A stretch of 64,000 nucleotides of DNA from Protoeuglena noctilucae (lineage: Eukaryota): contig OY253674.1 in the NCBI GenBank assembly GCA_958009085.1, positions 248,001 through 312,000 on the forward strand, in the 5' to 3' direction. Position 1 is the stretch's first letter, and each line of letters opens with the position of its first letter. Below, one piece after another: positions 24,959-38,400 of the stretch. The notes beneath the pieces are model-generated. The model was not told where the DNA came from. It did no database searches and saw only the letters and a list, made by a program, of their open reading frames with translations. The translations under genes and the position numbers were made by a program.

Positions 24959-27900
24959 ATGCAGTATGCCGGTGTGGGAAACATGACGGCGGACGCCTTG
25001 GCGAGGCCGAGCACGCCACCCCAGGCGAGCGGCGTGGCGCAGCGAACAGGGATGTGCTCGCGCGTCGACGGTGCGGGCCCGGGAGGACGCGTTTTGCTCT
25101 GCGCCGTCGTTCTGCTGCCACTTTGCCAGTGCTCTGGCTGTGCGGTCGCCGTCAAGGCGCGCCCGCGCTCGGAACAAGGGCGGCGGGTTGCCGGACGCGC
25201 TCGCTGCGCCCGTCCTGGCGCGCAGATGTACGTCTCCGCGCGGAATCACGCCAGCGGGCACGGTTGGCAAAATGAGGAGGCGGACATGCCGTTGCGGGAG
25301 CAGATGCGGCAGGCGATCGAGGAATTGTTCCGAGCGAAGCGGAGGAAGAACGACACCGCGAACGTGAGCGGACCGCGGCCGCGCGCGGCGCGCTGCACGC
25401 GCAGGATCCTTCCCACTTTCTGTCCGCCGCTGTTGGCGCGGTGCAATCGTCCCCGGAGCCGTGATTCCGACCTTCTCCAGGGTGTCCGTCGTGAGCTGCA
25501 GGACGCCTCCATTCCCGGCTTCGTGCGGCAGATGGAGAACGAGCTTTACCGCGAAGCCGAGTCCCTCGAGGCTTACAAGGACCCCAAGACCGTGGAGGAC
25601 CGGCTGCAGCGGATGGCGGCCCGACTGGCGCAGGCGCGGTTGGCGGGGGCTGCATGGGCGGACGGATCCACCGCCACGTCCAGGCTGCATGGGCACGCGA
25701 ACGGCTTCATAGGGCTCGGGGCCGGGGAGGAGCGGCAGTGGCCGGTGCGGGAGGCGGCGCACAGCGCGACGGAGACGGCCGCGCCGGCGGACGGGGGATG
25801 GGGCGGCGGGGGCCAAGGCGCCTCGGCAGCGCACCCGCGCGCAATGGCGGGGCAGGGCCAGGCGCTGGGTGCCGCGGCGGGTCCAGCGGGGCCGACGGAC
25901 CCCTTGCATGGGATGCACGGGGGTGGCGCAAACGGGATGGTGCCGGTCTCGGGTATGATGCCCGCTCCGGGCATCAAAGCCAGCACGGGCGCCATGGGCA
26001 TGATGCCGACGCCGGGCATAGCGGCGTCCTTGCCGGCGGCCGGCCCTCAGGGGCTTATGCGAGGGCCCCACGCAGCACATTCTTCGGGAGCGACTGGGCT
26101 CGGCAGCCAAGCGCTCATCCGGGCATCCGCCGCTCCCGGCGTCATGCCCGCGTCACGGGCGCCCTCGGGCATGATGCCGACGCCGGGATCGGGCATGATG
26201 CCCACACCGGGATCGATGCCAACACCGGGATCAGGCATGATGCCGACACCGGGGTCGGGCATGATGCCAACGCCAGGCTCAGGCATGATGCCAACACCCG
26301 GGTCAGGGATGATGCCGACACCGGGCTCGTTGTCGATGCCGACGTCGCTCGGCCACAGCGGCCCTCCAGGGATGCTCCCACCCCTCTCCTCCAGCGGCCT
26401 CCCGCCCCTCCCACCGGGGATGCTCCCACTCATGCCCGGCACTGCAGCGGGGTTCCCCAGCTCGGCGGGCCTGTCCACCTCGGGCCCCTCCCAGCCGCAG
26501 CTGCTGGGTTTGCCTCACGGCCAGGGCGGGTATGCCCCATCCGCGTCGCTACCGGCCCTGACAGCTTCGCTGCCCCCCACGCCCCCGTCCCTGCTGATGC
26601 CGAATCTGGGCAGGGCGGCGGCTTGGGAGGAGAAGCCGCCCGCGTACGCCCCGTCCGTCTCCGGGGATCTCCCGGCTGCAGGGATCGCGCCGGCCATGAT
26701 GCCGACGCCGGGGCTGGGGCCCGCGGGGGGCGGTCACGCGGGCGCTCTGCTCAAGCAGCCCGGGGCGGCCGCGGGGATGATGCCGACGCCCGGCACGTCG
26801 CAGGGCGGCGGCGCGCTGATGAGCAACGGGGCGCCCGTGCTGCTGCGGGGGTCGCGGGACGCGTCGGCATCCACAGGGCCGATGGTGCCCATGGGGCCGT
26901 TCCCGAAGGCGGGAGGCGACCTGAGGCCCGCGAAGGCCGCCAAGGCCGGCTCGGAGGGCATACCGGGGCCCGTGGGGGGCATCCCGGCGGCCCCTTATGA
27001 GCGCACGACGAGCGGGGGGTCGCAGGGCACGGGCGGGTCGGGCCGAAGGGGCCCTACAGCGGCGGTGAACGGGATGATCCCCGTCGGGGGTGTGTCGGTG
27101 GGGCGGACGGCGCGGCAGAGCCAGCTGCTGAGCGCGGCGGCGGCGCAGCACGGGTTGCCGGGGCAGCCGGGTCAGCAAGTGGTAACGGGGTCGTCGAGAA
27201 CGGGGCTGCGGGTGTCGGTGGCGCCCAGGCAGGCGGCGGGGCCGCCATTGCAGGCGAGTGGCCGTGGTTGGCGGACTGAGCCGGGGGCTCTCTGGGCACA
27301 GCGGGAGACATTGCGTGCATTGTGGGTGGCGCCTGTCGCTACGGGTCCATACCCACACATGCACCTGCCACACACCCCACATGCACCTGCTCCGCTCTCA
27401 CCCGCAGGGCGACCTGCCCGGGGCGGCCGGCGATTCGCGAGGGACGGTGAGCAACATGGATCGTGCCGAGTACATCCGCAAGCAGCAGTCCTGGCTGCTG
27501 TTCCTCCGCCACTGCGCCAAGTGCGAGGCTCCGCCCGGGCAGTGCCAGTTCGGGGACAACTGCGGGACGGCCAAGGAGCTGTGGCGGCACATCATCGACT
27601 GCCGGGACATGGAGTGCAACTACCCACGGTGTCGGTCGTCGCGTGACTTGCTCCGCCACCATTCCAAGTGCGACCACCCCGAGTGCCCCATCTGCGTGCC
27701 GGTGAAGATGCACGTGGAGAAGCAGAAGATGGCCGAGGCGGCGCGGCAGGCGGGGGCGGGCGGGGCTCCGGGGGTGGCGCAGGGCCGGGGGCTGCCTGGC
27801 AAGGCCGGGCGAGGAGGGGTGGCCATCGGGGAGCCGCTGCCGCCGCTCCCAGCTCTGGAGGCGGGCCGCGGGGTGGCGCTGGCGCAGGGGCCGGCGCTCC

Positions 27901-30900
27901 TGCCGGCGCTGGGCGCGGCGGCCCTAGGGGACGGACGCAAGCGCGCGGGCGAGCAGATCAAGAGGGAGGACCCGGTCAAGAAACTCAAGGAGCTCATGAG
28001 CACGTCGGTGCGTCCCGCGCTGCAGTATCGGGGGCTAGCAAGCAAGCAACAGCCATGGGCGGCCGGCGAGCGCCACATGGCTCGGTGCCCCAACGCCCCT
28101 TCACTGTCACCCACGCCCCCATCACCTTAACCACTCCTCTTTCCCCGCCTCTCCAGGTGCTCGGCACGTCCCTTTTGGAGTTTTTCGACGAGACGATGAT
28201 GAACGTCCACATCGCGTCCCTGCGGTCCACCGACCCCATGAAGACGAACATGGTGCTGCTGCTGAGGGAGGTCAGCAGCAGCCCGGACGTCTGCCAGGCG
28301 TGCGGGGAGGGCAAGAGGACCTTCGAGCCCCCCACGCTCTACTGCCACCTGTGCGGGCTGCGCATCAAGCGCAACCAGGTCAGCGGCGCGTGTGTTTGGT
28401 GCATGTGTGTCGGTCGGTGTTTGGACGTCCATGCATGCAAAGCGGCCATCGCGACCATCGCCCACACGCCCCCCGCTTCTTGTCAATTGTGCCATGGCGT
28501 TCCATCATATGAGAGTCATGCCCGCTGCACCTGTCATGGCATTCAGTGAGTGATGTTGCGATTGATACCTTTGCCGCAGGTCATGTACGTGGCGCCCTTG
28601 CAAGCGGCCACCGTCGACAACCAGCGGCCCGTGCTCTGCAATGGGTGCTTCACGGGGATCAAGGGAGACACGATCGCGCTCGAGGGATGCGCCAAGGTGG
28701 GTTCGCGTGCATGTGCATGTGCTTGTGCGGTGGTGTGCGGGGCACATGCCTTGCATTGGAATGCTGTCACAGTATGGCAACTAGATACTGGATTTTATAT
28801 CACAAGCCTATTTGACTGTGACTCTTTTGGGCGAGCTGTTTGTAGCTGCGACGTATTGGCGACCCGGACATGCAACGTCGCTGTTGTCTTGCTCGTATCG
28901 CAGGCGGACAAGTCTCTGTTTGAGAAGAAGAAGAACGAGGAGGACGCGGAGGAGCCATGGGTGCAGTGCGACTCGTGCGAGGCGTGGATACACCAGGTGA
29001 GAGATGATGGGGTATGCATAGCGTAGCATCGCTTGCATAGCATGGCGCAGCATGGAGTGGCCAATTGGTGCAGATGCGCCAGGCCTGTCCCGGCGGTGGC
29101 TGCGAGTGATCCTGTGCAGCAATGCGTAGCTCCCTGCCCCTCTGCCACTCGTTGTCAGCTCAGCGCGCACTGGTGCAATGCGCGTCACATGTACCACCCC
29201 TAACCCCCGCCTCGCGCAGATCTGCGGGCTGTTCAACAAGGGCAGGAACAAGGGCGAGGTGCCGTACCTGTGCCCCCACTGCCTGCGTGACGCCATGAAG
29301 CGCGGCAGCCGGCGGCCGGGCACGGAGCGGCCTCGGTCGATGCTCGCGGCCCGGGACCTGCCCCGCTGCCAGATGTCGGACTTCCTGGAGGGACGGCTGC
29401 GGGAGGCGCTCTCGCACGACCGCGTGGAGCGCGCCCAGAGTATGCAGCTGAGCCCGGAGACCGTGGTGTGGCCCGAGGGGCTCATGGTGCGGGTGGTGCA
29501 GGCGTCCGACAAGCGGTGCGACGTCAAGCCCAGGTTCGAGGAGCACTTCAAGTGAGGGGGCGGGCGATGCGTGGGGCTTGCTCGTGCATTGCATAGGGTC
29601 GCTTGGCTGTTACATGGGGCTTGGGCGTTGCGTGGGACGTGCTTCGCAAAGCCTGCTCTCTTTCACTGCTTAGTTCTGTCCTGCCTTAACCGCGCGCACC
29701 AAGCCTGGTCGCTTGCTCTCCACCACCACCAAACACGAACACGCACGTTGCCTCACGTCACGTCCCGCCCCTCGCCCGCCCCTCCCCAGGAGCCAGGGCT
29801 ACCCCTCGCACTTCACGTACCGCCAGAAGGTGGTGGTGCTCTTCCAGTGCATCGAGGGCGTGGACGTGCTGCTCTTCTGCATGTACGTGCACGAGTACGG
29901 GGCCGACCAGGACCCACCCAACAAGGCGAGTGCCAGGGCGGTGGGGCATGTGGGGAAAGTGACCAGGACGATTGCGAGTGTGGTGGCGAGGGCGGTGGGG
30001 AGTGTGATGGGGAGTGCGGTGGCGAGTGCGTTGTCGTCATCCACTGCTTCTAAATGCCGCATCCCACCTCGCCCCTCCCCTGCAGCGCACCGTGTACCTC
30101 TCCTACCTCGACTCTGTCAAGTACCTCCGCCCCGAGATGGAGTCCAGCCGCCCCGGCCTGGCCCTGCGCACGCTGGTGTACCACGAGCTCCTCCTCGCCT
30201 ACTTGGACTGGGTCAAGCGCCGCGGGTTCAACAGCATGTACATCTGGGCGTGCCCGCCCATGGCCGGCGACGACTACATCATGTACTGCCACCCCCAGCG
30301 GCAGAAGACGCCGAGGTCGGACAAGCTGCGCGAGTGGTGAGCGGGGCGGGGGTCGGGGTGTGTGGGTTGGGGTGGGGTGGGCTGTCAGAGGGGGGTCGGC
30401 ATGGCTTCGGCTGTCGTGGTCGCTTCTCTCATCTTTCCATCCTGCAGTCTCACCCCTTTTCTCCGACTCACTCCCACTCATGACTGTTACTTCACCCTGT
30501 CCCTCACCTGTGCCTTGTTGCCTCGCTTCCAAATACCTCAAAATCCCTCTCATTACCGTCACATCACCTACTCACCTCCGCCTTGTTGCTTATTCCCAGG
30601 TACCTCAAGATCCTCCGCGCCGGCTACGACTCTAACCTGGTGCATTCGGTGACAAACCTGGTGGACCTCTACTTCCACGGTGGCAAGGAGCACCGGCTGG
30701 AGGTGGCGTCGATGAAGGACGTGCCGTACTTCGAGGGGGACTACTGGCCGGGGGAGGCGGAGGTGGTGATGGACAAGATCGGGGCCGAGGGGGCGGGGGG
30801 GTCGGGGGGGGCGCAGGTGAGGCCGGGGGACGGGGTGAGGTGCGGTGGGGGTGGTACAGCGGGGGGTACGGTTTCATCAATTCAGTGATCATCACTCACG

Positions 30901-33033
30901 ATCCCGAGCTTAGATGTCCGCTCTGCTGTCCGTGCTCTGCGTCGCGCCTTTGATTGACAGCATCACACACCACGGACGGCACTCTCATCCCGAAAGATGA
31001 GACAAAGCCTACTCTCACCATCTCTACCCTATCTCAGGGGAAGTCGCGGAAGGGCGCCAAGAAGGGCAAGCGGATGCACGGCCCCGCGACCACCGACGCC
31101 CAGCTCATGGCGCGGCTGGGGGAGACGCTGGGGCCGATGCGGCAGGACTTCCTGGTCGCGCACCTGCGGCCTTGTTGCTCCTTCTGCCGCAAGTACCACG
31201 ACGACGCGGATTACTGGTGAGACTAGTGCCGCCATGGCTGGTCGCTGGTGCTGACGGGCTGTGTCAGCAGGCGTGCCGGGTGCCCTGGTCTTCTCATTGC
31301 AGTCTGACCGCACAGGTTTCGTGATTAGACCATTGATATAAAACGGTCATGTCACGAGTGTTGCTGTCGCCATCGCAACCGTCTCGTGACCACCCCTTGC
31401 GAACATCCCTCATGCTCACCCCACTAGACCTCCCCCCTTCGCAGGGCTTTCCCCGACCGCGTGCAAGTGCCACCCAGCATCAGCGCCATGCTCTCCTCGC
31501 CCCAGTCGGCCCGCAACGCATTCACCCTCTGCGCTGAGTGTTTCGACGCCGAGCTGGCCAGGCAGATGGTGAGGCTATGACTGTAATGGTGTTAGCGATC
31601 CATAATAGCAGTCCGTACTAGGTTAGACAGTGTGCGTGGCGTCGGGCGCTGCACTCCCCTCCTCAGTCGCTTGGCCCCTTACCTCGCCCTACCTTCCCCG
31701 CACTCCTCGCCACCCATCGCTCGCCACCCCACCTCTACTCCCTCCCCACCTCCCCACCTCCCCACCCCATGCTCACCCTGCCCCCTCCCACCTCCCCAAC
31801 CCGCGCAGCAGCAGGCCATGCTCCCCGTGGGCAACGCGGGCATGAAGTCCGTGCCGGCCGGCGTCGACATTTCCAAAGACCTGGTCCGCAAGCGCGCCCC
31901 GCCCCTCGTGGACACCGCCGACCCGGACCCGGAGATTCCCTGCGAGTTCTTCGATTCCCGGCAGTCCTTCCTGCACCTGTGCCAGGGCAACCACTACCAG
32001 TTCGATACCCTGCGGCGCGCCAAGCACTCATCCATGATGGTGCTCTACCACCTGCACAACCCGGAGGAGCCGGCCTTCGTGAGCCAGTGCAACGTGTGCG
32101 GGGGCGAGATGGAGCCGGGGAAGGGGTGGCGGTGCACGGTGTGCAAGGACTTCGACATGTGCGACTACTGCAAGAACCACGCGCCCCACCCGCACCCCAT
32201 GCTGCCCGCGTCCCGGGCCTCGGGGACCTCCCTCGTCATCTCCAACCACCAGAGCGAGAACAACCAGCAGCGGAAGGAGAAGCTGCAGGTGAGGGAGGGT
32301 GCATGTGCATGGCGGTGGAATGGGAGGTGAATGTGAGGGACGGGACTGGCGTTTGCAACCAGGCAACTGTCGTCTGCATTGGGGCTTCCCCAGGCAGGAA
32401 GTGTGCGTAACGATCGCCGCTGCTTCTGCTTTGCTCCTCTGACATTGACTGCTGCAGCCATGGGCCTAGGTGCCATCACGCGCCCTGCTGCCAGCATCAC
32501 CTGTCGAGCTGATCAGCGCCCGCCTGTACCTGCAGAGCACCCTGCGCCTCATCGAGCACGCGGCCGGCTGCAAGATGGCCCCAGGGACCTGCCCCGAGAA
32601 GCTCTGCATCAAGATCAAGAACCTCTTCATCCACTCCCACACCTGCGAAAGCGCGGGCCGGCTCTTCACCTGCAACATCTGCCGCAAGTGAGCGTCGGGG
32701 AAAGTCTCAAGTATTTTATTGTTTCATTGTTACTGCATCGCAGTATTACCGCAGCACCTCCTCGTGCCTGCCCTCCGCTCATCGCTTGCTGCAAGCAACG
32801 GTCCTCAAATCGTTCATCGCTCACCATGCGTCGCTCACCGCATCCCCCGCCGCCCCCTCCCCCGCAGGCTGCTGCAGCTGGTGCAGATGCACTCGCGCAA
32901 GTGCCTCCTGCCGGACTGCCCTGTGCCCAAGTGCATCGACTTCCGAAAGGCCATGCAACGCCGGAATGCCACGGCAGACAACCAGCGACGGGCCGCCTAC
33001 CGCCAGTGCGCCGCCAACAACGACCCCGCGTGA
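24959..33033 (+). CDS. HAC1: CBP/p300-type histone acetyltransferase (KIX-like, TAZ, PHD, HAT, ZZ, TAZ)
   Basis: [14 protein letters not shown] (TAZ), [21 protein letters not shown] (PHD), [49 protein letters not shown] (ZZ), CPVPKC. Confidence 0.95.
26165..26329 (+). repeat. Coding minisatellite, about 24-bp unit, encoding (S)GMMPTPG x7
   Basis: ATGATGCCNACNCCNGGNTCNGGN tandem units; one unit is shortened. Confidence 0.9.
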
Positions 33034-33656
33034 CGCGCCGGGGCGCTTGGCGAGGTGGCCCCTTCGCAGCCCCGTCGCACCCGCCGGCGCCGCCTTATCA
33101 ACGCGCCGCACCGCGCTGGGGCTGGAGTGCGTCTGGCCGCGCCCCGCCTTTCCTCCGTTCGCGTGCCTCGTGTGACGGCGGGCGCCCAGTTCAGTGGGTC
33201 CGGTGCTTGGCCGGATCCCGCCAAAGGGGCTTTGCAGGTAGCCGCCAGTCTGCCGTGCATGTCGCCACGCATGTCGCCCCCATGTCGCCATTTGTGTCCT
33301 CTGACAGTGAGACTCCGCATGTACCAGGGCCGCGTGATGCTGATGCCACCGCCGGCCCCCTTTAGCGTGACGCCGTTTGCTGCTACCGCCCCGCAACGTG
33401 CTGTGCCGCGCAGCGCGCCCGTGCTCTCCGCAGCGCGGGCTACTAGTTTTGTTGCATCGCCCTGCGTCGTCGCCCTTGACGCTTGAAACGTGGCAGGATG
33501 GCACGCTGAGGTGGCACTGTGCACAGGCATGCAAGCAAGGGCAGCTCCTCACGACGCAAGCGCCCGATAGACACACACACGCACACAAGGTCTGTCAAAG
33601 AGATATCAAAAATGCTCTAGTCACAGCAGGAGGCACACCTCGCGTTTGTAGAATGG

Positions 33657-35060
33657 TCACCGCGAGGACAACAGCTTGACAAAACCCTTCAAAACTTGCA
33701 GTGGGTTGACGTAATAGTTGAGGGTGATGGCGTTGTCTCCTTCGGGCCCAGGCGTGTCTTCCAGTCGCACGGAGCCCTCCTCGGGCAGCTGGAGGGCGGG
33801 GAAGGCACATGGAGTGTGGATGAGTGCGGCGCGCATGCAGACATGCAGGGGGTGAGGTTGGCAGTAGAAGAGAAGGAGAGCGGCAAAGGCAGATGGAGCT
33901 GCAATGCTGTCTTGCCTGGAGCATGGATTTGGAAACAAGCCCGTCCCTCTCCATCCCCACGTTCACCACCGCCCGCGATGCCATCATTCGGCCCAACTGA
34001 TCGTCCGTCACAGCCCCGCAGTCCTGGGGCGTGGGGGCCACCTTACTGACGTCGTACCCCAGCTCACGCAGCTCCTGCGGGACGAGAATTGCGGCACGAA
34101 TGCAGCTGCGCGACGTGGCCGGGCTGGAGTGGGTGCTGCGACCGCCCAAGCGTAGCGGCAGCGCTATTTGCGGTGCACCCGTCAAGTCACCTCGAGGCGC
34201 GCCTGCAGGAAAGCAGGTCCCGGGTTCGACTCTCTCGCGTACACCTGCACGAAGGTCAGGTCTTTGGCCCCCTGCACCAGCGCATACGACTGGTAGTCGG
34301 ACTTGATGACGTTATAGGGCTCCGGAGGAACGATGGGGATCGCCGGGAAGCGCAGCACGCACTGCAGGCAAGGATGCCGTATGCACCATGGGTTGTCAGC
34401 ACTACTATGCACTGTCATTTGCCGACATTGCGGATGTTTCAACACCTGAGGAGAAGAGGAGACGAGGCGGCGTGCCCGTGGTCCTCTCACCTTGATGCGG
34501 ATCATGAGCTGCCTCTCGAGGTCCGACTCGAATTCTGGCAGCAGTTTCAGCACGGCGGGGTTGGCGCACGACACGCGCCCCACGATGCCCGACAGTCGGC
34601 CGGTGGGCGAGCCGTGGAAGCAGAAGGTAGAGACCTCGAGTTGGTTGTCGCCGGTGCGCTTGTACACCCCCTGGGTGCAGTGGCAGTCCTCCTGCCCTGC
34701 CCCCGCGAAGCCGTCCTTGCGTGATGCGATCTCGTACCACCTCCCCGCGTACGCGTCCACGTCGAACAGCGAAGCGTCCATCCCGGGCTCAAACACGGAC
34801 GGGAGCGTGGGAGCCCCGCTCGCGGGGGCACCCGCACCGAGCACGACGAGCGCAGCGAGCCCTGCAAAGGCACCCGGGCTCTGGGATTCGCTTAGCACAT
34901 GGTGCCCTAAGGGCCCATACGCGGCTCTCATGTGACATCTGTGGGGCGAGGCAGCAGAAGCCCCCTCGCCTGCAACAACTTGGGGGCACCGCGCGGCGGC
35001 CCGGGCCGTCACATGTGGCGCGGAGCGAGAGCACGCGTTAAACACAGTGACCCTTGTCAT
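33657..35060 (-). CDS. CHL: Chloroplastic lipocalin
   Basis: FDVDAYAGRWYEIASRKDGFAGAGQEDCHCTQGVY, TFCFHGSPTG, CVLRFPAIPIVPPEPYNVI, GAKDLTFVQVYAR, TPQDC. Confidence 0.92.
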
Positions 35061-35445
35061 GGCCCAGGTCCGCTCGCTGTGTCGACTTTTGGCCGCAGTC
35101 CACTGCCCATGGTGGTATCTAGCTAGAATTGTCGATGAAATCGGCATTTTGGGACACGATGGCGCTGCATTTGCTTTGGTACTGGCACGATGATCACGGT
35201 GCCAGCGAAATGCCACTCGCCGTTTTTCCAGCTTCTGCTAAGCTGCGCCCATGCCATTGCCATGACGTCGAACTTGGCATCGCCTGCTGTTCCGGGCATT
35301 GAATCCTCACTCTAGCTGTGCCGTTGAGAGGGCAGGGGCTGACGAGGCAGGACTGGGGACTCCGGGGCATGCCGGAGCCTAAGGCTCCGAGGATCGTGAA
35401 GGAATCTGCGGTCTCCATTGCCGGGAAGGATCGGGGCGGGCCGGC

Positions 35446-38400
35446 ATGAGCATATCCTTCTCCCTGGGTGGCCGGAAGGGGCTGCAGGTCCGTGCTGCCG
35501 CCCTCCTCGCGTCCAGCGGGCCTGTTCTCGCGGCGATCGAGTCGACGCATGCCATCCAAGTGCTTTGGCCAGGGCAATGGCGGCCCTTCGCGCGAACGCT
35601 AGCGGTTATGCTTGCTCTGTGACTCGCACGGGGCCCCCCGCCTGGGATCATTGCTGGCGTCAATTTCTGCGATGGTCGCAGGGTCTCAAAGCCGCCAAGG
35701 TGGCCGCGAAGAAGGCTGAGGAGGACGCGGCAAAGGCCGAGCTTCAGCAATTCCAGAGCGCGTTCGGTGCGGACAGCGACGACGAGGACGCCCCATCCGC
35801 GGCGGCGAAGAGCAACGCGAGGAATGCACCGGCGCCGAAGCCAGCGGCCAAGGCTGCCCTGGCCGCCGTCTTCGACTCTGGGAAGGCTGCGGCCCCAACG
35901 GTATCGGAAGTGCCCCCACCCGCGGCGCCGGTGAGTCCAGAAGCGCTGTCTGCGATTCAAAGTGACCGTTGATAACCTGACCTGGCGCTTGCGACGACGC
36001 TGCGCACCAGAGCAGGCGGTATGGGGATGGGTCTTGCGCCTGGCCACATCAGCCGGCCTCCGGCATGGTGGCGCTGCCCGTGGCACCGATGGCAGCCGTT
36101 TTGGCGATCTCCAACCATCGCTTGTCTCCTCAGGCCCAGCAGCGCTCGCGCAAGGGCACATCCAACCTCGAGTCCCTGATCGCGACCATTATCACCAAGC
36201 AGAACCTGCGCACGGAATACGAGCGCCAGAAAGCGAGCGGTGGACCCATCGACGAGAACCTGGAGGCGAGGGGCGTTTTCAGCCGCGGCAGGCGCGGCGG
36301 TGGCGCGGGAAACGGTCTGTTAATGTTTGGTCGCTCCACCCTGCGTTTGCCTCGCAGCGGGAGCTGAGCTACGCCAGCGAGGAGAATGATCTGACGACGA
36401 CGAACATCTACGTGGGCAATCTCGCCCCGGACGTGGACGAGACGGTGCTCGCCCGCGAGTTTGGGCGCTTTGGGCCCATCGCGTCCCTCAAGATCCTCTG
36501 GCCGCGCACGGACGAGGAGAGAGCGCGAGGTCGCAATTCGGGGTTCATCGCGTTCATGGCGCGACGAGATGCTGAGGTGCGGAAGCGATGTCCTCAGGCC
36601 ATGCGCGTGCTGCGCTGGGCGAGGCGAGCACAAGCGAGTGCCTCCGCTGCGTTGGCACTGCAGGATGCGTTGCGGGAGATGGACGGGGCCATCCTGCACG
36701 ACTCGGAGATCCGGTGCGGGTGGTCCAAGCCCGTGCGCCTCCCCACCGTGCCGCTGTACGTGGCAGGCCAGGCTCTGCCGCAGCGCTACTCCAGTGACAC
36801 CCGCCGAGGCATGCGCGATCGGGACGGACCCCCGCGCGACTTCCGCGGACGGGAGTGGCGCGACGATCGCGGCGGGCGGTCGCCTCCCCGGGGGCCGCAC
36901 GGGGACCGGGACGACGGACCTCGGTATCCCGCCGATGACTACCCAGGGCGCGAGCGGTGGCCGGAGCCGCGCGCAGAGCCGCGTCCGGAGGCGGAGTATC
37001 TGCGGGAGATCGTCGTGCCCGCGGACGGCAAGCTGCGGTGCGTGCGGCGGGGGCTGCGCGAGTGCGTGGGGGCGGAGGGAGCGTGTGGCAGTGGTTTCAC
37101 GCCCCGCCCCTTGCCGTGCCGCAGGTACGTGATCGACACGCTCGCGGAGATGGTGGTGCAGGACGGGTGGGAGCTGGAGTTCTTGCTCATGGAGCAGGAG
37201 AAGGAAAACCCCGAGTACGGATGGCTGACCGACACGGACAGCACCGCCCACGCTTACTACCGCTGGCGGCTGTACTCGCTTGCCGCGGGCGACAACCTGC
37301 GGATGTGGAAGATTGACGAGTACGTCCCGTTCGAGGTGCGGGAGGGCATGTGGTGCGCTTTGCTGGATTCCCCAGCTTCCTGCGTTGACTTGCGGAAGGG
37401 CTTGGCGGGTAACGACCCCGTGCGGCATGCCTGACTTCCTCGCGCATCGCGCTGGCTTCGATCGCGCAGGGGTGCGAGCCGTGGCTGCCGCCGCCCACGA
37501 CCGTGCGTTGGGCCAAGCCCCGGGGGGCCCCCGAGGGCCGCGGGATGCCCCCCGCTCGCCTGGAAGGCCTGCAGATGATTCTCCGGTCGATGGAGAACAC
37601 GCGGTCGTCCGTGGCGAGCGTGATGGCGTTAGCACTGGACAACGTCGAGTACTGGTGAGCGCCCTTTGGCGCCTTTAGCTGTCGCCAGTCAGTGCTGTGC
37701 TTCCCACCCCGCCCACCAGCACCCCGCGCGCCCGCCCCTCCGCAGCTACGACGTGGTGGACGAGATGGCAAAGCAGATCAAGCTGCAGCCCGACACGCTG
37801 CAGGGCGCCCAGAGGCGCCTCGCCATCCTCCACGCCCTGTCCGACGTTCTCCACAACGCCGGCACCCAGGAGGTCCGCGGCGCGGCCAACTTTCGCAGGG
37901 GAATCGAGGTGCGTATCGCGCGACGGAGCGCTTGAGTACGTGGTTCAAACGTCTACTGAGTGATGGCGTGACCCCCACCCGCGTACCTCCGGACAGCTTG
38001 CCCCATGGTCCCGCATATCGCGCGCCTCTCGACGCCGCAGGAGGTGCTCCCCGACATCTTCCTCGAGCTCAACCGCGTGTACCGCTGCGCCGAGCTGGGC
38101 GTGGCCATCCGCGAGGGCGTCAAGCGTGCTGCGAGGCGCGTGCTGCATACATGGTCGGCGTGGGGTGTGTTCCCCGAGTCCCTCATATCCGGGCTGGAGT
38201 TCACGCTTCAGATGGACGAGGACCGGTGGGACGAGGCCGCGTCGCTCCGCGCCGACCTGGTCAAGTACCTGGCGGGTCTGGGGGACGAGGAACTGGCACG
38301 CAACTGCCAGAAGTCGGGCCTGCCCCTGGCCGGGGGAAGACAAAGCCAGACCAAGCGCATCGTCCTCTTCGACTACTTCAAGCACGGCGTCAACCCCATC

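Noticed and set aside
24431..27646. 1071-aa ORF as a standalone gene
   Set aside because: It is the 5' part of HAC read through in-frame introns and upstream GC-rich sequence.
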